Assembly (NCBI GenBank): GCA_001643675.2
Contig: LSRY02000056.1
Location: 186,001-250,000, forward strand
Source of the DNA: Monocercomonoides exilis PA203
Taxonomy: Eukaryota; Protista; Preaxostyla
Length of the DNA: 64,000 nucleotides
Reading direction: 5' to 3'
Positions within the stretch are counted from its first letter, which is position 1. Each line of letters starts with the position of its first letter. The notes under the pieces are model-generated. The model saw only the letters and a list, made by a program, of their open reading frames with translations, was not told the DNA's origin and made no database searches. Shown one piece after another: positions 24,101-37,900 of this stretch. The position numbers and the translations under genes were made by a program.

Positions 24101-27100
24101 CCTCTGTCTCATTCTCTGTATCCCTCACCAACTCCACTGTGGAAGAGCTGCATAACAACGCAAACCAGCAAAGAGCAGTGCTCTCTTTGGTCGTTGCTGT
24201 GCCTCCTCTCTTCAGGCTATCTGTGCAGAGCGGGCAGAGAGAAGGCTCAATGCCCCAGCCAGATTTCACGTCAGGCGACCAGGCATCGGTTGTGGCAAGG
24301 CATCTGCTGCATTTTTCTTCTGAAAAGGATTTGGAGCAAGTGCTGATGGTATGAAACATTGAACATTATTTCATATTTCAAAAATTATTTTTTCTATTTT
24401 TTTTTTCTCAAATTTCTTTTTTCAATCTGCACAGATACTCGGAAGAAGTTCTGCGTTTTATTCGCTTTTCCTTCAATCAAACTATTCTCGTCTTCTGCCA
24501 GCACTGCCGCCGATGCCACAGCTGCCTCAGATCAGCAGGCAGGCATTGAAAGCCAGCTGCCCTCTGAATGCAGTGAACGAGTATTGTGCACTGACTCCAT
24601 CGAAATGGCTGATGGATGTCGTTGCAACAGGCGCAACTGTTCATTCAATGGCGCTTAAGAGATCATGCAATTCAGTTGCTTCATCTTCGTATTTGTCATC
24701 AAAAGCTACGGAATCAACTCAAAGTGCTGATTCATCGCAGATGAATGACTCTTTATCGGCCACTCAATCGGTGGCATCTGATTATTCTGTTCGTTCCTCA
24801 TCTTCTGAAAGATACAGGTGTATTGTTCCTGTTCCTCCATTTTCAGTGACTGTATATGAAATGCACTATTCTCTGTACTTTCCTCGCGTTACGCCTCGTG
24901 CCTCGCTCATATCGCTTCTTGCTCCGTTGCTCAATCCGGAGCCACTTCGAGAAAACGCTCCTTTGCTTTTCTTCCCCGCAATTCATCTTTCTTCCCTTCA
25001 TCTTTATGCGGATGTTGCACAAGACACCCTTGTTTGTCCGCGTACAAAATATTGGGTGCAGAATTCATCAAGAAATGGTGTACATGTTCTGGAAAGAGTC
25101 GCAGAAATGCTGAATAGAATGAGAAAAGGGAATGCCAATATGCTGGTTGAAGAAACTTCATCTGGTGACAAAGAAGAACAAGCAAAAGCTGACAATGAAA
25201 ATGAATCGGTAATGGACTCGATGGATAAAATAGAAGAGGAGAAAACGATTTCTGAAGAGAACATTTCGGAAGACAAACGAAAAAATAGCACAGAACCTCA
25301 GAACGAAAGTGCATCTAGTGCAAATTTAAAAGCTTTTGATTCGCTGGAGCGCCTGTGGCAATTCATCTCTTCGGCAGACGATTCACTAAAAGCAGATTTC
25401 AATGACTTTATTCATCCGCTTATGAGAACATATTCAAAAGACTCTCTTCATAGAATTGGGCGGACAAGGTCAACGTTAACAATATCCTCTCCTTTATCTC
25501 TATCGTTACCACCAACATTTGCACAACCTCAGCCAGCACCTCCTCCAAGTTCAACTCCATCATCTCCATCAATGCAAACGCAAACAATACAATCCAACTC
25601 TCCTTCAACAGCGCCTTCTCCTGTCCCTATGACTGCATCAACATCAACATCGGCTTCAGCCTCTTCATCTGCATCAGAACCAGCACAAACAACAGAATCA
25701 TCATCAGAGTCAGCACCTTTGCAACAAGAGCAGCAACAAGAGCAACAACAGTCGCAATCTACAGCCACTACATCATCTTCTCTGCAGCCACCTCCGTCTC
25801 CTCCTTCAACACAAATATCAACAGTGAATCAGTCAGCTTTTACACCTGCTTCACTGAATTACACATTTCGACCAGATGTTATAGGTGCATTGGCGAATGT
25901 TCTTCCAAGGCACATTGCGCTTGCACGAATGGCCAATTACGAGAAATGGAAGCGAGAGACAATACGACGCTCTTATGCAAAAGCAAAGTACGAGAAAGCG
26001 GCTAAGGAAAAGCTTGAAGAACTCAGAGCACGAGAGAAAGACGGGAAATGTGATGGTCAGCAAACGTTAGAGAAAGAGGATGAATTCAGCGTATACACAT
26101 CCTTTTTAACAGATGAGGACATGAACATGATTGAAGGCATGGATGATGAAGATATTTTTGATCTAACTGGAATACCTCCTCTTTCTGCTGGGTCACGATT
26201 GTGCAACAAAAAAGTCTTCTGTCAGTGCAAAACACGTCGTCTGTTGCAAGAGAGCAAGGAATCAATGAATTCGACTTTTGGAAAGGAAGCTGCTGATGGT
26301 TGCAGTGAAGATAATGAACGAAGTCAAGGAAAATCTTCAAGCGAAGCAGAATCGATATCAGGCGGAGCAACTTTGTACCAGTCTTGCTCTGATTTGAAAT
26401 GGCTTGCCGATCCAAATACGACAGAGCTCTCAGCATCATCTGTTGTCTGCCCTTGCTTGCTTGCTGGAGAGCCTTGTTCTCCTGCATGCTCCTGTGACTG
26501 CTGTGCTAATCCACTGAACACAATTCCGTCAGATGTGCTTTGTGATTGTGCTCAAACGCATTTAATCAACTATCACATCATTATGCGTCGTGGCGAACTG
26601 TCTCACTTGGTTGCTCTTCCATGTCGCAATCCAATACGCTTCACTCCCACTCTCATTCATTCTCTCCTTTATCCTGTTTCTCTTCGAATCGCCCACCAGG
26701 GCTATCGTGGATACTTGTGCCTGGAGGATTATCACTGCATTTGTCATGAACCTGTTTATTTCTGCTTTTGCAGCGGTCACTCGCTCCTCCATTCAACACA
26801 TTGGCACTGCTCTGATTGCGGGTGCTGCCGCGATCTCAGCTTGTTCCATTGCAAGCGATGCGGCCATTGCTCGAGGGAGACAGATCTTCCATGTCAGTGC
26901 TGCTCGCATCGCCCTGCATTGGAGTCCTGGAGGAACTTGATGAACTCGATTGGCTCTCGTCGCACATCAACCTCAGCACAGGCTGTTGTGAATGTGCCTG
27001 TTCATCCTCATCTCAGTGCAGAAGAAAAGAGAGAGGCAGAATGCTGGGAGCGCGAAGTTCTTGCTGAAGATTTAGCCTGGGTGCGGCTTTCTCGGAGAAA

Positions 27101-27431
27101 GAAACCAGAAAGAGATGATTCATCGAACGATACAGAAAGCATTCAGAGCAAATCAGATAATGTTGAAAAGAATGATAGCATTAAAAATGCAGCAAAGGAT
27201 GAGAAAGGAGAAAACAAAGAAAAAAGCAGAATGATAAAGCTGGTGCAAAACAAAAAAAGAGGGAAACTTATGTGGATTAATTTCGATCAGCAAGCTCTCC
27301 CCGAAGGACAACTTATAAAATTTGTTAATGACATTATTATAAAGGCCTATTTAGAAAAGGAAAAGGAAATGTCAGTTAAGAACAGTCAGAAAAATAGAAC
27401 GTTCGGTTTTGCTTTTAGGAATAAACATTGA
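21151..27431 (+). CDS. 2043-aa protein with HOY1/TRF2-type PH-like domain and C-terminal CXC-like plus CTCHY-like Cys/His zinc region; exons 21151-21378, 21442-24348, 24435-27431
   Basis: Two phase-0 GT-AG introns join three ORFs. Motifs ALQIGTW...FTYRI...IDIPF..I...PPLF...DFTSGDQASVVARHLLHF and CQCKTR...CPCLLAGEPCSPACSCDCCANP...WHCSDCGCCRDLSLFHCKRCGHC. Confidence 0.8.
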
Positions 27432-28059
27432 GCAATTATTTATGAATTGTGTACAAAGCATTGATATATATTTGTAAATATTAAATTAAATTCAAACATA
27501 ACACTTCAATATTTTTTATAAAATTTGTTTTTGTTTATTTATAGAATATTCTAATGAGTAATTCGAATGAATTTTAAAGAGCTAAGTTCGTTTTATTATC
27601 GAAAAACTGAATTATTCCACTGAATAGTGAAAATATCTGGGGGAAAAAGATCTCATCAAGCAGCATTTTATTGAAGTGAACGCAACTATGACCTTTTAAC
27701 TTTTCCAGTCTTTTCTAATTGATAAATGCTGAATTATGCAATGCATATAATTCTTGGATTCCTTTAAAAGAATCAGATTTGAATTTTGAATTGATGCAGA
27801 TGAATAGAATCAAAAGTATTTTTTGAAAAAGATTTTATTATTATGATTAACAAAATCATGACTTCGTTTTATTGAAAACTCTTTTTATCTTAAAAATGAA
27901 AAACATAATTTATATGGTGTTTAATCACAAAACGCATGAATGGCTTGATGCAACAACAAAACAAACCTTTATACATGAAAATGGCCAACGAGACCATAAA
28001 CAGCATAATAAGAAATTATTAACATTTTTTTACCCATCACAAATTATAAAAAATTGAAA

Positions 28060-28612
28060 ATGTCTGCTAAACCTTCAGAAGATGATGAATATGAGTATAT
28101 GGAGATAGAGGAAGATGAAGAAGTATCAGAATACGAAGAGGAAGAAGAAGAAAATGCTATTCATTCTGAGAAGAAGGCCTCACATAACACAACTGGTAAA
28201 CAGATCACTTCAATCAAGGATTTGGACAAAGAAAATCGTAATGAAGATAAACTGGAGGAAGAAACAAAAGCACGTGGAGCTGTTGTCATTCTTGAACTTC
28301 ATTTCCCAGATGAATCAGTGAAAAATATAAAAGTTTGAAACATTCATTTTTTTCATATAGTTTTTGTGGTAACGTCTGAATTGAACAGATTCCGCTGGGA
28401 CAAACAGTTGAATATGTAAAGTGCCAAATTGAAAAGCAGTTTAATATTGAATACTCGAAAATTGTTTGTGAATAAGTGTTATTTTTATTAATTTTTTAAT
28501 CTCTTTTAAGAATGTTGTTTTTGAAGGTGCTCCAATGCTTGATCTCTTCTGTTTGAGCGATTATCCATCTATTACACCACTTCATCCCAATAAGATATAT
28601 GTGAAAGCCTGA
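28060..28612 (+). CDS. Small protein with acidic N-terminus and probable C-terminal ubiquitin-like fold (3 exons)
   Basis: Two GTTTG..AG introns give VILELHFPDESVKNIK|IPLGQTVEYVKCQIEKQFNIEYSKI|NVVFEGAPMLDLFCLSDYPSITPLHPNKIYVKA*, a beta-grasp-like pattern. Confidence 0.75.
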
Positions 28613-29100
28613 AATTTTTTCTGTTCTTCAGACAAAGAATTATCAATTTTGTTATAATTAAAATTGTCAAAACGCAAAATTCATTTTAATTTAACTTGAA
28701 ATAATTTTAGTTAAATTCTTTTTCTCTATTGTTTTTAAAATCAAATTTAGAAAATCAACAAAGTTTTAATGAGAAAATGCTATTTCTCCAAACTTTTTGG
28801 ATAAAATTTTGTTTTTATCAAAACCATATCTGCAAAACATATTTGATAAAAGTTGAATCGAAGAAATATTTAAAAGCACGCATCGAACACTTTGATATTC
28901 AACAACCTTTTCGAAAGATTTTTATATCATTCATATTGAATCCAATTAATGATGAGTTCTAAACTTCTCTTCTTCAGCCTTTCGAAAATAAAAAAGAAAG
29001 ACATTTATCCTCACATTTACACTTTTTTCCTCAAGTATTGTAAAAAAAAAAAAAATTAAATAAAAAAATGCATGAAAACAAAAATAAATAGATAAAACTT

Positions 29101-32100
29101 TTAATGAATTGAAGTTCCCTTATATTGGGATAAGAGCTCCTTCTCCAGCTGGTTCATCTGTACAAGCAGTTCTCTGTGAAGCGTGTCATGAATGTCTCTC
29201 TCTGCCTCATTCCACTCCTCTTCGACCTGATCCACTGAAACCCTCTTCCTCTGGCTGTCCTCTTCAACATACCGCAACCGTGACTCAATCTGAGCAAGCA
29301 GTGCATTGTGCCTGCTCCACTGCTTCTGCATGCTCTGAGACACTTCCAATGCCTTCTTGTTGAGAATAACCTCCAACGTCTGTACTCTCTTCTCTGCCGC
29401 ATCGCTCCATCCAGCAAGCCCTTCTTTCCCTTCCTCGCGCTGTCTGCTGGCCAAATCCTCTGAATCCTCCAACTTCTGCTGGATGGATGCACGTGCCTTC
29501 TTCAGAGCATCTGCTTCATCTTTCAGCATTGCCGTTACTGTTCTCTCTGTTGCTTCTTCAATGATGCGTGATGCAAGTTCTGGCTGTGTGGTGATTTCTG
29601 CCTCTGCCTCATCCATCTGTTTCTGCAGTGCATCAATCTCGTGTTGCACTGCGAGTGCTGTTGCATTTGGCATATGTTCAAATGATGATGAACTGGCAGG
29701 TGTCTGAGAAGGAGCCTTCTCTGCTGCTTCCTCCGCTTTCTTTGGCTCTTCTTTCTCTGCCTCAAACAGATCTTTGCAGACATCGTTGGCGTAAAGCTGT
29801 TTGACTCTGTCTCTAATCGACTGCAACGCAACAGCCTCATCCTCCAACGCTCTGCTGAGCTCTTCCTCTTCCTCACCTGCTTTCGTCAGTGTGTTCTTTG
29901 ATTCATCCACAACTGACTGGATCTTGTCTATTTTTGCCTGTTCTTCGTCTGTTCTTCCTGTTGCTCGTTCCACTGTTCGCTCTTCTGCCTCTTTCCCGCT
30001 ATGTATCATTCTTGCCTTCGATGCCTCCACTTGTCCATTCACCTCATCCTTCATTGCTTTGATTGCTTCCTCTGCCTTCAAGTTTTCTGTACGCTGCAGT
30101 TCTTCCATCACTTTCTCTGCTTCTTCAAACAGAAGTGACATGAGCTCTTCGTGCTGCAGACGTGCTGGTATCTTTGTGAAGAATCGTGATGCATTCATTG
30201 GATTCAGCACCGCATCGTGAAGAGCATTTGATTCTACGTTGCTAGCCTTTGGCTGCTGCTCTTCTGATCCATACATCATATCCTCGCTGGGAGAGCTGGA
30301 TGAAGATGGGAACATCAGATCGGTTGAGGATGAAGGAGATGGCGATACATTTTCTTGCTCCATTTCCTTCATGTCGTCTTCAGTCGAAGCAAATGGATCG
30401 GTGTCGTGTGGAGCAGCATCCTCTGAATAGCCAGAGCTGTGCTGCACAGAAGGCTCTGAAGAAGACAATGAAGAAAGAAGATTCTCTTGTGACTGTGCTT
30501 TCTTGGTGGAAGAAGACGATTTTTCTTGTCTCTTTTTCTGGTGAGTGTAACGCTGTGCCATGGAAAGGAAAGGTGCAGGTGGCACAATATGTGGCTCAGC
30601 TGCAGGAAGAGAAGAAGGACGGATGGAAATGACTGACACTCCATCTCTTTCTTCTTCTGTTGCAGAATCTTCTGACAGCACATCAAAGTCATCGAGCTCT
30701 GGATCTTCCTCGTCTTCTTCTACATCTTCCTCGCTTTCATCAAACATCTCTGAATGTTCCTCTGCGTCTCCCTCATGTTCTGCTCCTCCACTTGTTGGGA
30801 ACAGATCCTCATTGTCTTCCACTCCCGTGTCTCTCATCTGACGCAGCGTCTTCTTCTTTCTCGCTGCCCTTCTTCTCTTCGCCCGCTCCTTCGGCGTCTC
30901 AAACAGCATCATCATTTCCTTGTTGGCTTCTTTGATCTCTTCCTGTGTAAGTGCTGCTGTCAGATATTTCTGGGTCATTTCAATTTCTTTCAGAAGGCGT
31001 TTCTCTTCTTTCTCGCCAAGCTCTGCTTTTTCCTTTGTGTCTTTGCCCAATTCCTGCGATTCTTCCAGCATTTCTTTTCTCTTCTGTTCCTTTTGCAGCA
31101 ATTCATCGAGTCTTTTGTTGACTGTTCTCATTCTCTGAAGCATCAGCCTCAGTTCGTCTTCCTTCTGATCCAATTTTCTGGTCAAAGTTGAGTTTATCAA
31201 TGCAGACGCTGATGTTGCTGTTGTAGGAGCAGTCTTTTCTTTGCCTTCACCTTGTCCTTCTTTGCTTCTTCCCAATCCTTTTTCAATAGTCTGTTTGTTC
31301 AACTCCTCCAGCTGCTTCTTCTGCTCCTTCGCCTTTTGCGATGATTCCTCGCCAAGCTCATTCTCCTTCTTCATCAGCTCTTCCACTCCATTCCGCACAG
31401 TCTCCATCTTCTCTTTCAGCACCGCTGCTCTTTCGTCTTCTGCAGCATCCACTTTCTGCTGTGTGTCTGCCGCCTTTTCCAGCTGGCTTGTTCCTTTCCT
31501 CTTCATTCGCTCAACACCTCTCGACACATTCTCCTCCACTGCCTCTTCAACTGCACTTTCTGCAATCGCTTTGACTTCCTCTGTCAGAGCATTGATCGTA
31601 GACACGATCTCTTCTTCCTCTGCCTTCTCTTTCCTTTCGTCCTCATGCGCTTTCTCTGTCTCCATCGCCTCAATCTGCCCCAGCTGCTCCAAAAGACGCT
31701 TTTGAGTATCGTCTGCTTTCTCCTTTGCTGCTGTGTATATTTCTTTCTCTCTGCTCTTCAGCTTCTCTTCATTCTCCTTCATGAGCGCCCTTATCTGTGC
31801 AACCAGTTCATTCACCAGCCTCATCTCTTCATTGATCTTCTGCTCCTGTTGCAGCGTCCCTTTCTTCAGCTCCTCGTTCACTGCATTCTGCATCCCCCAC
31901 CGCTTCATCTCGAAATCTCGCAGCAGATTCAGAGAGAGTCTTAATTGTTCCAATGTCGACTCTGTTTCTTTGACTGTCTCCTTCGCCTGAAGCGAATCTT
32001 CTGTGCCGTCTGCCTTCAGCTCCTTCATCTCCTCACTCATCTCTTTCATGTCCTCCTCTGCCTGATCAAGCTCTTCTCTCAGCCGTTTCAGTTCAGATTT

Positions 32101-33779
32101 GATGAATGCTGTCTCTTCATCGTCTTCTTCTCCCAATGTTAGTCCTGTCACAGACACCAAATCATTCATATCCTTCTCTGCCTGTGCTCCATCTGCTGAC
32201 TGCAGCGTAAGCACCCACATGTCTGTGCGAGGAATTGTCGATTCATAACCAACTCCGCCAAACAGCAGAATATGATGCTCTGTCAATGCAAATGCAATCT
32301 GCTCGCATCGCGCGACTGGCGTCGGATATTTCAGGATTTCTGTGCCGTCTGGTGCAAATGTCACTGTTTGTGCACCAGGGGCAAGGCTCTTGCCTGACCC
32401 TCCTTTTGCTCCTCGGCTTCCTGTCAGGCTTCTCGACGTGGTGCCGCCGTTGTTTCTGTTTGTGCGCGAGTGATAGAGCCGTGTCCATGTGCGTGTTGTG
32501 GTGTTGAACTCCCACAGATCGTCCTTTGCCGCACCAGCTGTGTAGCCACCGAAGATGAGCAGTTTGTCTCCAACGGCAAATGCTGAATGGCCTGAGCGCG
32601 GAGAAGGACACGTGGCATCGCTTCCACTGCGCCGGGTGCGCGATGCAGCTGCAGATGAATGAGGACTTCGTGGTGAAAGATATTGAAAACCGCCTGACGA
32701 AGGATCGGATTGATCTTCCTCTGCTGTTTTTTCTTTCTTAGCTGGCTCTATCTTTGTCCAACAGAGTGTCAGTGGGTTCAGCTCCCACAAGTCATTCAAA
32801 TGCTGATCTTCACCAAATCCTCCAAAAACGTAGATGGAAGAGCCAACAAGCGTCATTGAGTGGCCAGCACGAGGGCAAGGAACCTCTTCTGATCTGCTTG
32901 GAAGCGCAAGCCACTTCAACGATACGGTATCAAACATATACAAATCGTTGAAGTAGTGTGACTTTGCTTCTCCTCCTTTTTTGGCAGTTGTTGATTGACG
33001 TGTGTCTGCCGAATTTTGATTGAAGACATCACCATCCTCTCCATCTTCAGCACCTGAGTACATATCTTCTCCGCCAAATATCAACATTTTATTTCCGAAT
33101 GATATTGCAGCGTGACGTGTTCTTGGCGCAGGAAGCATCGCTGGAGATGAACTGATTGGTACAATCGTCCACTTTTCATGTTCCAAATCAAATGCATGAA
33201 GATCATTCATGCATGTCTCACCATTATCTCCACCAAAAATAAGCATATCAGCACCTTGAATAACTGCAGAATGTCCACATCTTTGTAGTGGGCTTATGGA
33301 ATCCGGAACTACTCGATGCCACTTTGTTGTAGCTTATTAAGATTAGAAATTTTTTGATTTACAAATGGTAATTAACAAATGAAAAAAATAAGCTATAAAT
33401 AAAATATAAAACCTGTATGGAATAGCCATATATCATTCATTCTTGTTTTTTGATTAATGCCTCCGAACATTATCATTACAGGCCCGCATAATGTGAAAGA
33501 TTGACCAATTCTTGGAGTTGGTTTTTCTCCAACATATTTCACACGAATCCAATCAGGATTTCCTAAAAATGTTAATTACAACAAAATAAAGCGCATATGA
33601 TAAGTTAAGAACCACATAAAAACATATTCATTACATAAATGTAAATCATTAAGCGAAAAAATTTTTTATCATCATTTTCATAAATATGAAATACCTTTTG
33701 ATGTAACAATTTTTGCTATATCCACAATGTCAGTACGCTTGTTTTGTTTTTTGATCGTGCCTGCTAAAGACGGCGACAT
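29101..33779 (-). CDS. Kelch beta-propeller plus long coiled-coil protein (Kel1/Tea1-like architecture); exons 33779-33695, 33562-33413, 33332-29101
   Basis: Six Kelch repeats (PR..H/Q......IFGG......ND.W) followed by an E/K-rich coiled coil; introns keep frame. Confidence 0.88.
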
Positions 33780-33875
33780 TTAAAAAAATCTTGATGAAGT
33801 GATGAGATGAACAATGGGCGAATACCATAAATCATTTCATTTTTAAATAAGTTAGTTTTTTTGACTGATACAGCA

Positions 33876-34717
33876 ATGCCACAGAAAAAAAAAGGATTGC
33901 CAACCGTGTCCGAAGTTCGTTTGAAGAGAAGGAAAATCATGGATCAACGGAATTTGACAAGTCAGAACATAAAACTTCGCCCGAGAAAACAACTTGAAAT
34001 TTTTCACCATGCCGAAGATTTTGTAAAGCAACATCGAGCAGTCGAGCGTTCAGTTGTTCATCGTCGAAAAGTGAAAAAGAATTTTGTTTCTTTGAAAAGG
34101 AAAAATGACAAATCTGTGAATGTTTTCTTTGTAATGCTTTATCAAAGGTACTTTTTCTATTTACAAAATAATTTTATGAGTGTTAAATAATTATTTGTTT
34201 TTAAATTGTTTTGTAACATTTTCTTTTCTGTCACTTTTTCAGGAGGGCAATAGCCATTGCAAAACATCAGAAAGCAATTCTGAAGGCTTTGAGATTGTCA
34301 CGTCAAGGAGATTCTACCTTTGTTAAAAATACACCACAAAATAGAGTGATGCTTAAGAAAATTGAGCCATATGTCACATATGGAATTCCAAAAATGAAGA
34401 TGGTTCGCTCTTTAATCGAAAAGCATGGAATGACGTTGGAAGAAGATGTTCGCGTTCCACTGAACGACAACTCAAAAATCGAAAAGCATTTCATTGAAGT
34501 AGGAATTGATGATGGTTCTATTGTGTGCTTGGATGATTTGGTTCATGAAGTTGCTTCTGGAGGCCCTAACTTCGATAAGGTGATGGAATATCTGGAGCCA
34601 TTTAAACTGACAAATCCTAGTGGATTCACAAAGAGTCTAACATTGTTCAAGGATGGAGGATTTAGAGGTGACAGAGGAAAAAAAATTAATGAGTTTTTAC
34701 AGCAATGCATTGGATAA
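33876..34717 (+). CDS. RLP7: uL30-family ribosome biogenesis protein Rlp7/RPL7L1-like; intron 34148-34242
   Basis: Motifs AEDFVKQHR, ILKALRL, MLKKIEPYVTYGIP, VPLNDNSKIEKH, IVCLDDLVHEV and GDRGKKINEFL. Divergence favours the nucleolar paralog over RPL7. Confidence 0.8.
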
Positions 34718-34960
34718 ATATCTTGTTAATCGAAATTACCCTCATTTCAGCAAATTTTTTGAATTATTTTTCGTAATCACTTCATGAGATACATTTCACA
34801 AGCCCCAAACAATGAAAAATTTTAGCAAATCATTTTAAATATGGAATTTATGATCCGGGAGTTGGCATATTGGAGATTTTTATATATTCTGCGGCTTATA
34901 AAGGACGTTGAATAACATTCTTCTTATTTTTCTCATTCCATTTATCGTTTCATTAAAATA

Positions 34961-37900
34961 ATGAACATGGCAATTTCAACATTTCATCATAAAGCAACAA
35001 TTACGCCAATGTTTGTATTTTTCATTTTCTATCTCTTTTATTGTGAGTAAAACATTTTCGTAACGATTAAACAGACACGCGTTTGGCATAACAAAGGGCC
35101 TTCCTTCTAATGTGTTCCATCTTGATAATGATAGGATCGTTTATCCTGTTGGAAAACATTTTGGCATTTACTCTTTCAGCACTAAAACAATGACATTTAT
35201 TCATGAAACGGAGAAGGAAAAGATTATTACGCAGACTGCAATAAATGTGAGTCCAGATAAAAAATATATGGCTGTTTGCGAAGTGCTTGAAGATGATATT
35301 CCTTCACAGACATTAATTAGCGTTCAGCCCACTTCTCCAACTTCAACTTCGAATCAGCCTGTGACGCAAGTATCAATTTACAGTTTTACAACAATGAAGC
35401 GCCTTCGAGCCCTCATTAAACCTGCTGATGTTGCTGATTCTCCATTTCAATGTGTTGCGTTTTCTGGTGATGGAAAGCATTTGGCAGTTGGATGTGGTGG
35501 TTCAGATCATTCTCTCATTCTGTGGCATTGGAATCAGCCCCTTCGTGTACTTGGTGTTGCAAAGCAGCAATCAGCTGTCACCCAGATTTCATTTCACCCG
35601 TTAAATAGTTCTCAAATGTGTATTTCTGGTCCAAAACTTTTAAAAGTCGTCAAATGGACGGAAGGTGTTCTAAAACAGTACAATCTTCTGTCTGGCAGAC
35701 ATAATCTTCCTTCAATAACTGCGCATCTTTGGATGGCTAATGCAGTCAAGAAAATTCGTTCAACAAATGAAGGAGACGAAGGAAATAAAAACGATGCAGA
35801 TGAAGAGGAGAAAGAAAGTTCATTTTCGCAATCTGGCGGATTGCACGAAAGAGTCTCTGATCGCATTTTAGCAGCAGCAGAAGGAGGGGACGTTTACATA
35901 TTCGACAAGGGAGAGCTAAAGATGACAATGCCTTCAATTCTCGGAGAAGGTGTTACCGTCACCACTCTGATGGCGCGAAACGACGGCGGGTTTGTTGCTG
36001 CGAGCGACAACGGATGCATCGGAGTGTTTGCGGCTGATCCGGAAGGACTGGACGCGTATCGCCTTGTGCAGCTTCTGCAACTCCCGCCAATCAGCTGCTC
36101 GCACAAGGACGGAAGAGAAGTCGTGCTGTCGCCTTCTTCATACACATTCAGCCCTGTCTCTCCTTCTTCCTCTCCTTCTGCCTCCGTTTTAGCATCAGCG
36201 TCTTCTTCATCCTCTTTCACTTCTTTCACTTCATCCTCATCTTCTTCTTCTTCTTCTTCGCCTTCCTCTTCTGTCTCAAAAGATCTCCGCATAACAGCTG
36301 CTTCTCTCTCTCCAAACGAGTCACAAGTTGTGTGTGTCTGTGGAGGATCTCAAATATGCTCGGTGCGTTTCCCTTCAAACAACCCGCCAACAACCCCAAA
36401 CGACTCTTCCCAGTCTTCTCAATCAAATCAACAGCCCAACAGCTCAAACAGCTCAAACAGCGCATCTTCTGCTTCAAAAGACAGCAACCTCACCAGCAGC
36501 CCATCAGAGACAGACATCAACCAGACAGCGCGGATGCCTTCCATTGAATATCTGGGCCATGGATTCCACTCTGGGGCCATCACCTCACTCAGCGCTGCCG
36601 TCCGCAAGCCGATCGCAGCCACGTGCGGGACAGACGGGTGGGTGCGCATCTGGAACTACCTGGAGATGGACTGTGTGCTGGCGGTGCAGATGGAAGGGGA
36701 GCTGATGTCGCTGTCGCTGCACCCGTCTGGTTTCCACCTCATTCTCTCGTGTGGCGACAGAGTGCGGCTGATGAACGTGATGCCGCAGACACTCGACACC
36801 ATCCGCGAGATCCCCTTCCCGCAGCACTCGGGCTGCCAGGAAGTTCTCTTCGGCCACGGCGGTCACGTCTTCGCCTGTGCACACGGGAAGACCGTGAGTG
36901 TGTACAACACATACTCTGGGGAGTGCCTCTGCATCATCAAAGGCCACACGGCGACGGTGCGGACGATGGCGTTTGGGCCGACAGACAAAACACTCGCCAC
37001 CGCTGGGGCTGATGGGGCAGTGTATGACTGGACACTCGAAACGAGGCCAGGGGAGTCTGTGAGACGGTTGAGCGAGCATGTGCTGAGTGGGACGGTATAT
37101 TCTCACATTGCAGTGGGCAACAAGAAGGAGATTGCTGTGTGTGGCTCTGATCTGCAGATGCGGGAGATTGTGGATGGCACAGCGACTGTTGAGTTTCCCA
37201 CAGGAGGTGTGACATCTCGTGTGAACAGGCTCCTTCTGCTGCCTGGCGGACTGGCACTTGTCGCAGGAATGGCAAAGGGCATGCTCCGCATCTACGCATG
37301 GCCACTCACAGAGACCTTTGCCCGAGACACCACAAAACCCGATTCAGCTATTGTCCCTGTCTGTGACGAGTACATTGCACATGCTGCATCTGTCACAAGT
37401 GCCTGTGCATCGGGCGATGGTTCTGTGATGCTGACAGCAGGAGACGACGGGGTGCTGTTTGTGTGGCTGGTGCAGCCGATCGACTTTGGCAGGGTGCGCC
37501 CGGCGAAGCTGCCAGAGCCAGCATCTTTTTGGGATGCGAACATCATCTCAAAGGCAGCGCTGGAGGAGCAGCACCAGAAGATGATCACACTGCAGAACAA
37601 GATCAAAGAGCTCTCGTTTCACACAGAGTCCCTCCTGCTCCGCACCGAAAAACAGAACAACTCGCGCCTGGCAGCAGAGAAGCGGAAGCATGAGGAGATA
37701 TTGGGATCGAAGCAGGCATTGATTAAGACGCTGGAGATGCAGGCACACGAGAGCAAAGTGAAGTACGAGCAGAAAGTGTCTGAGCTGGAGGAGCAGCATC
37801 TGCAGGCGACGGATGAGCTGGAGGAGGTGTATGAGAAGGATGTGGAGGCGAAGCAGCAGATGATTGTGCGGCTGAAGGAGGAGAAGACAGAGCTGCAGAA

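Noticed and set aside
34838-34912. KYGIYDPGVGILEIF resembling uL5/RPL11
   Set aside because: Very short, with no flanking homology or splice context; likely chance.
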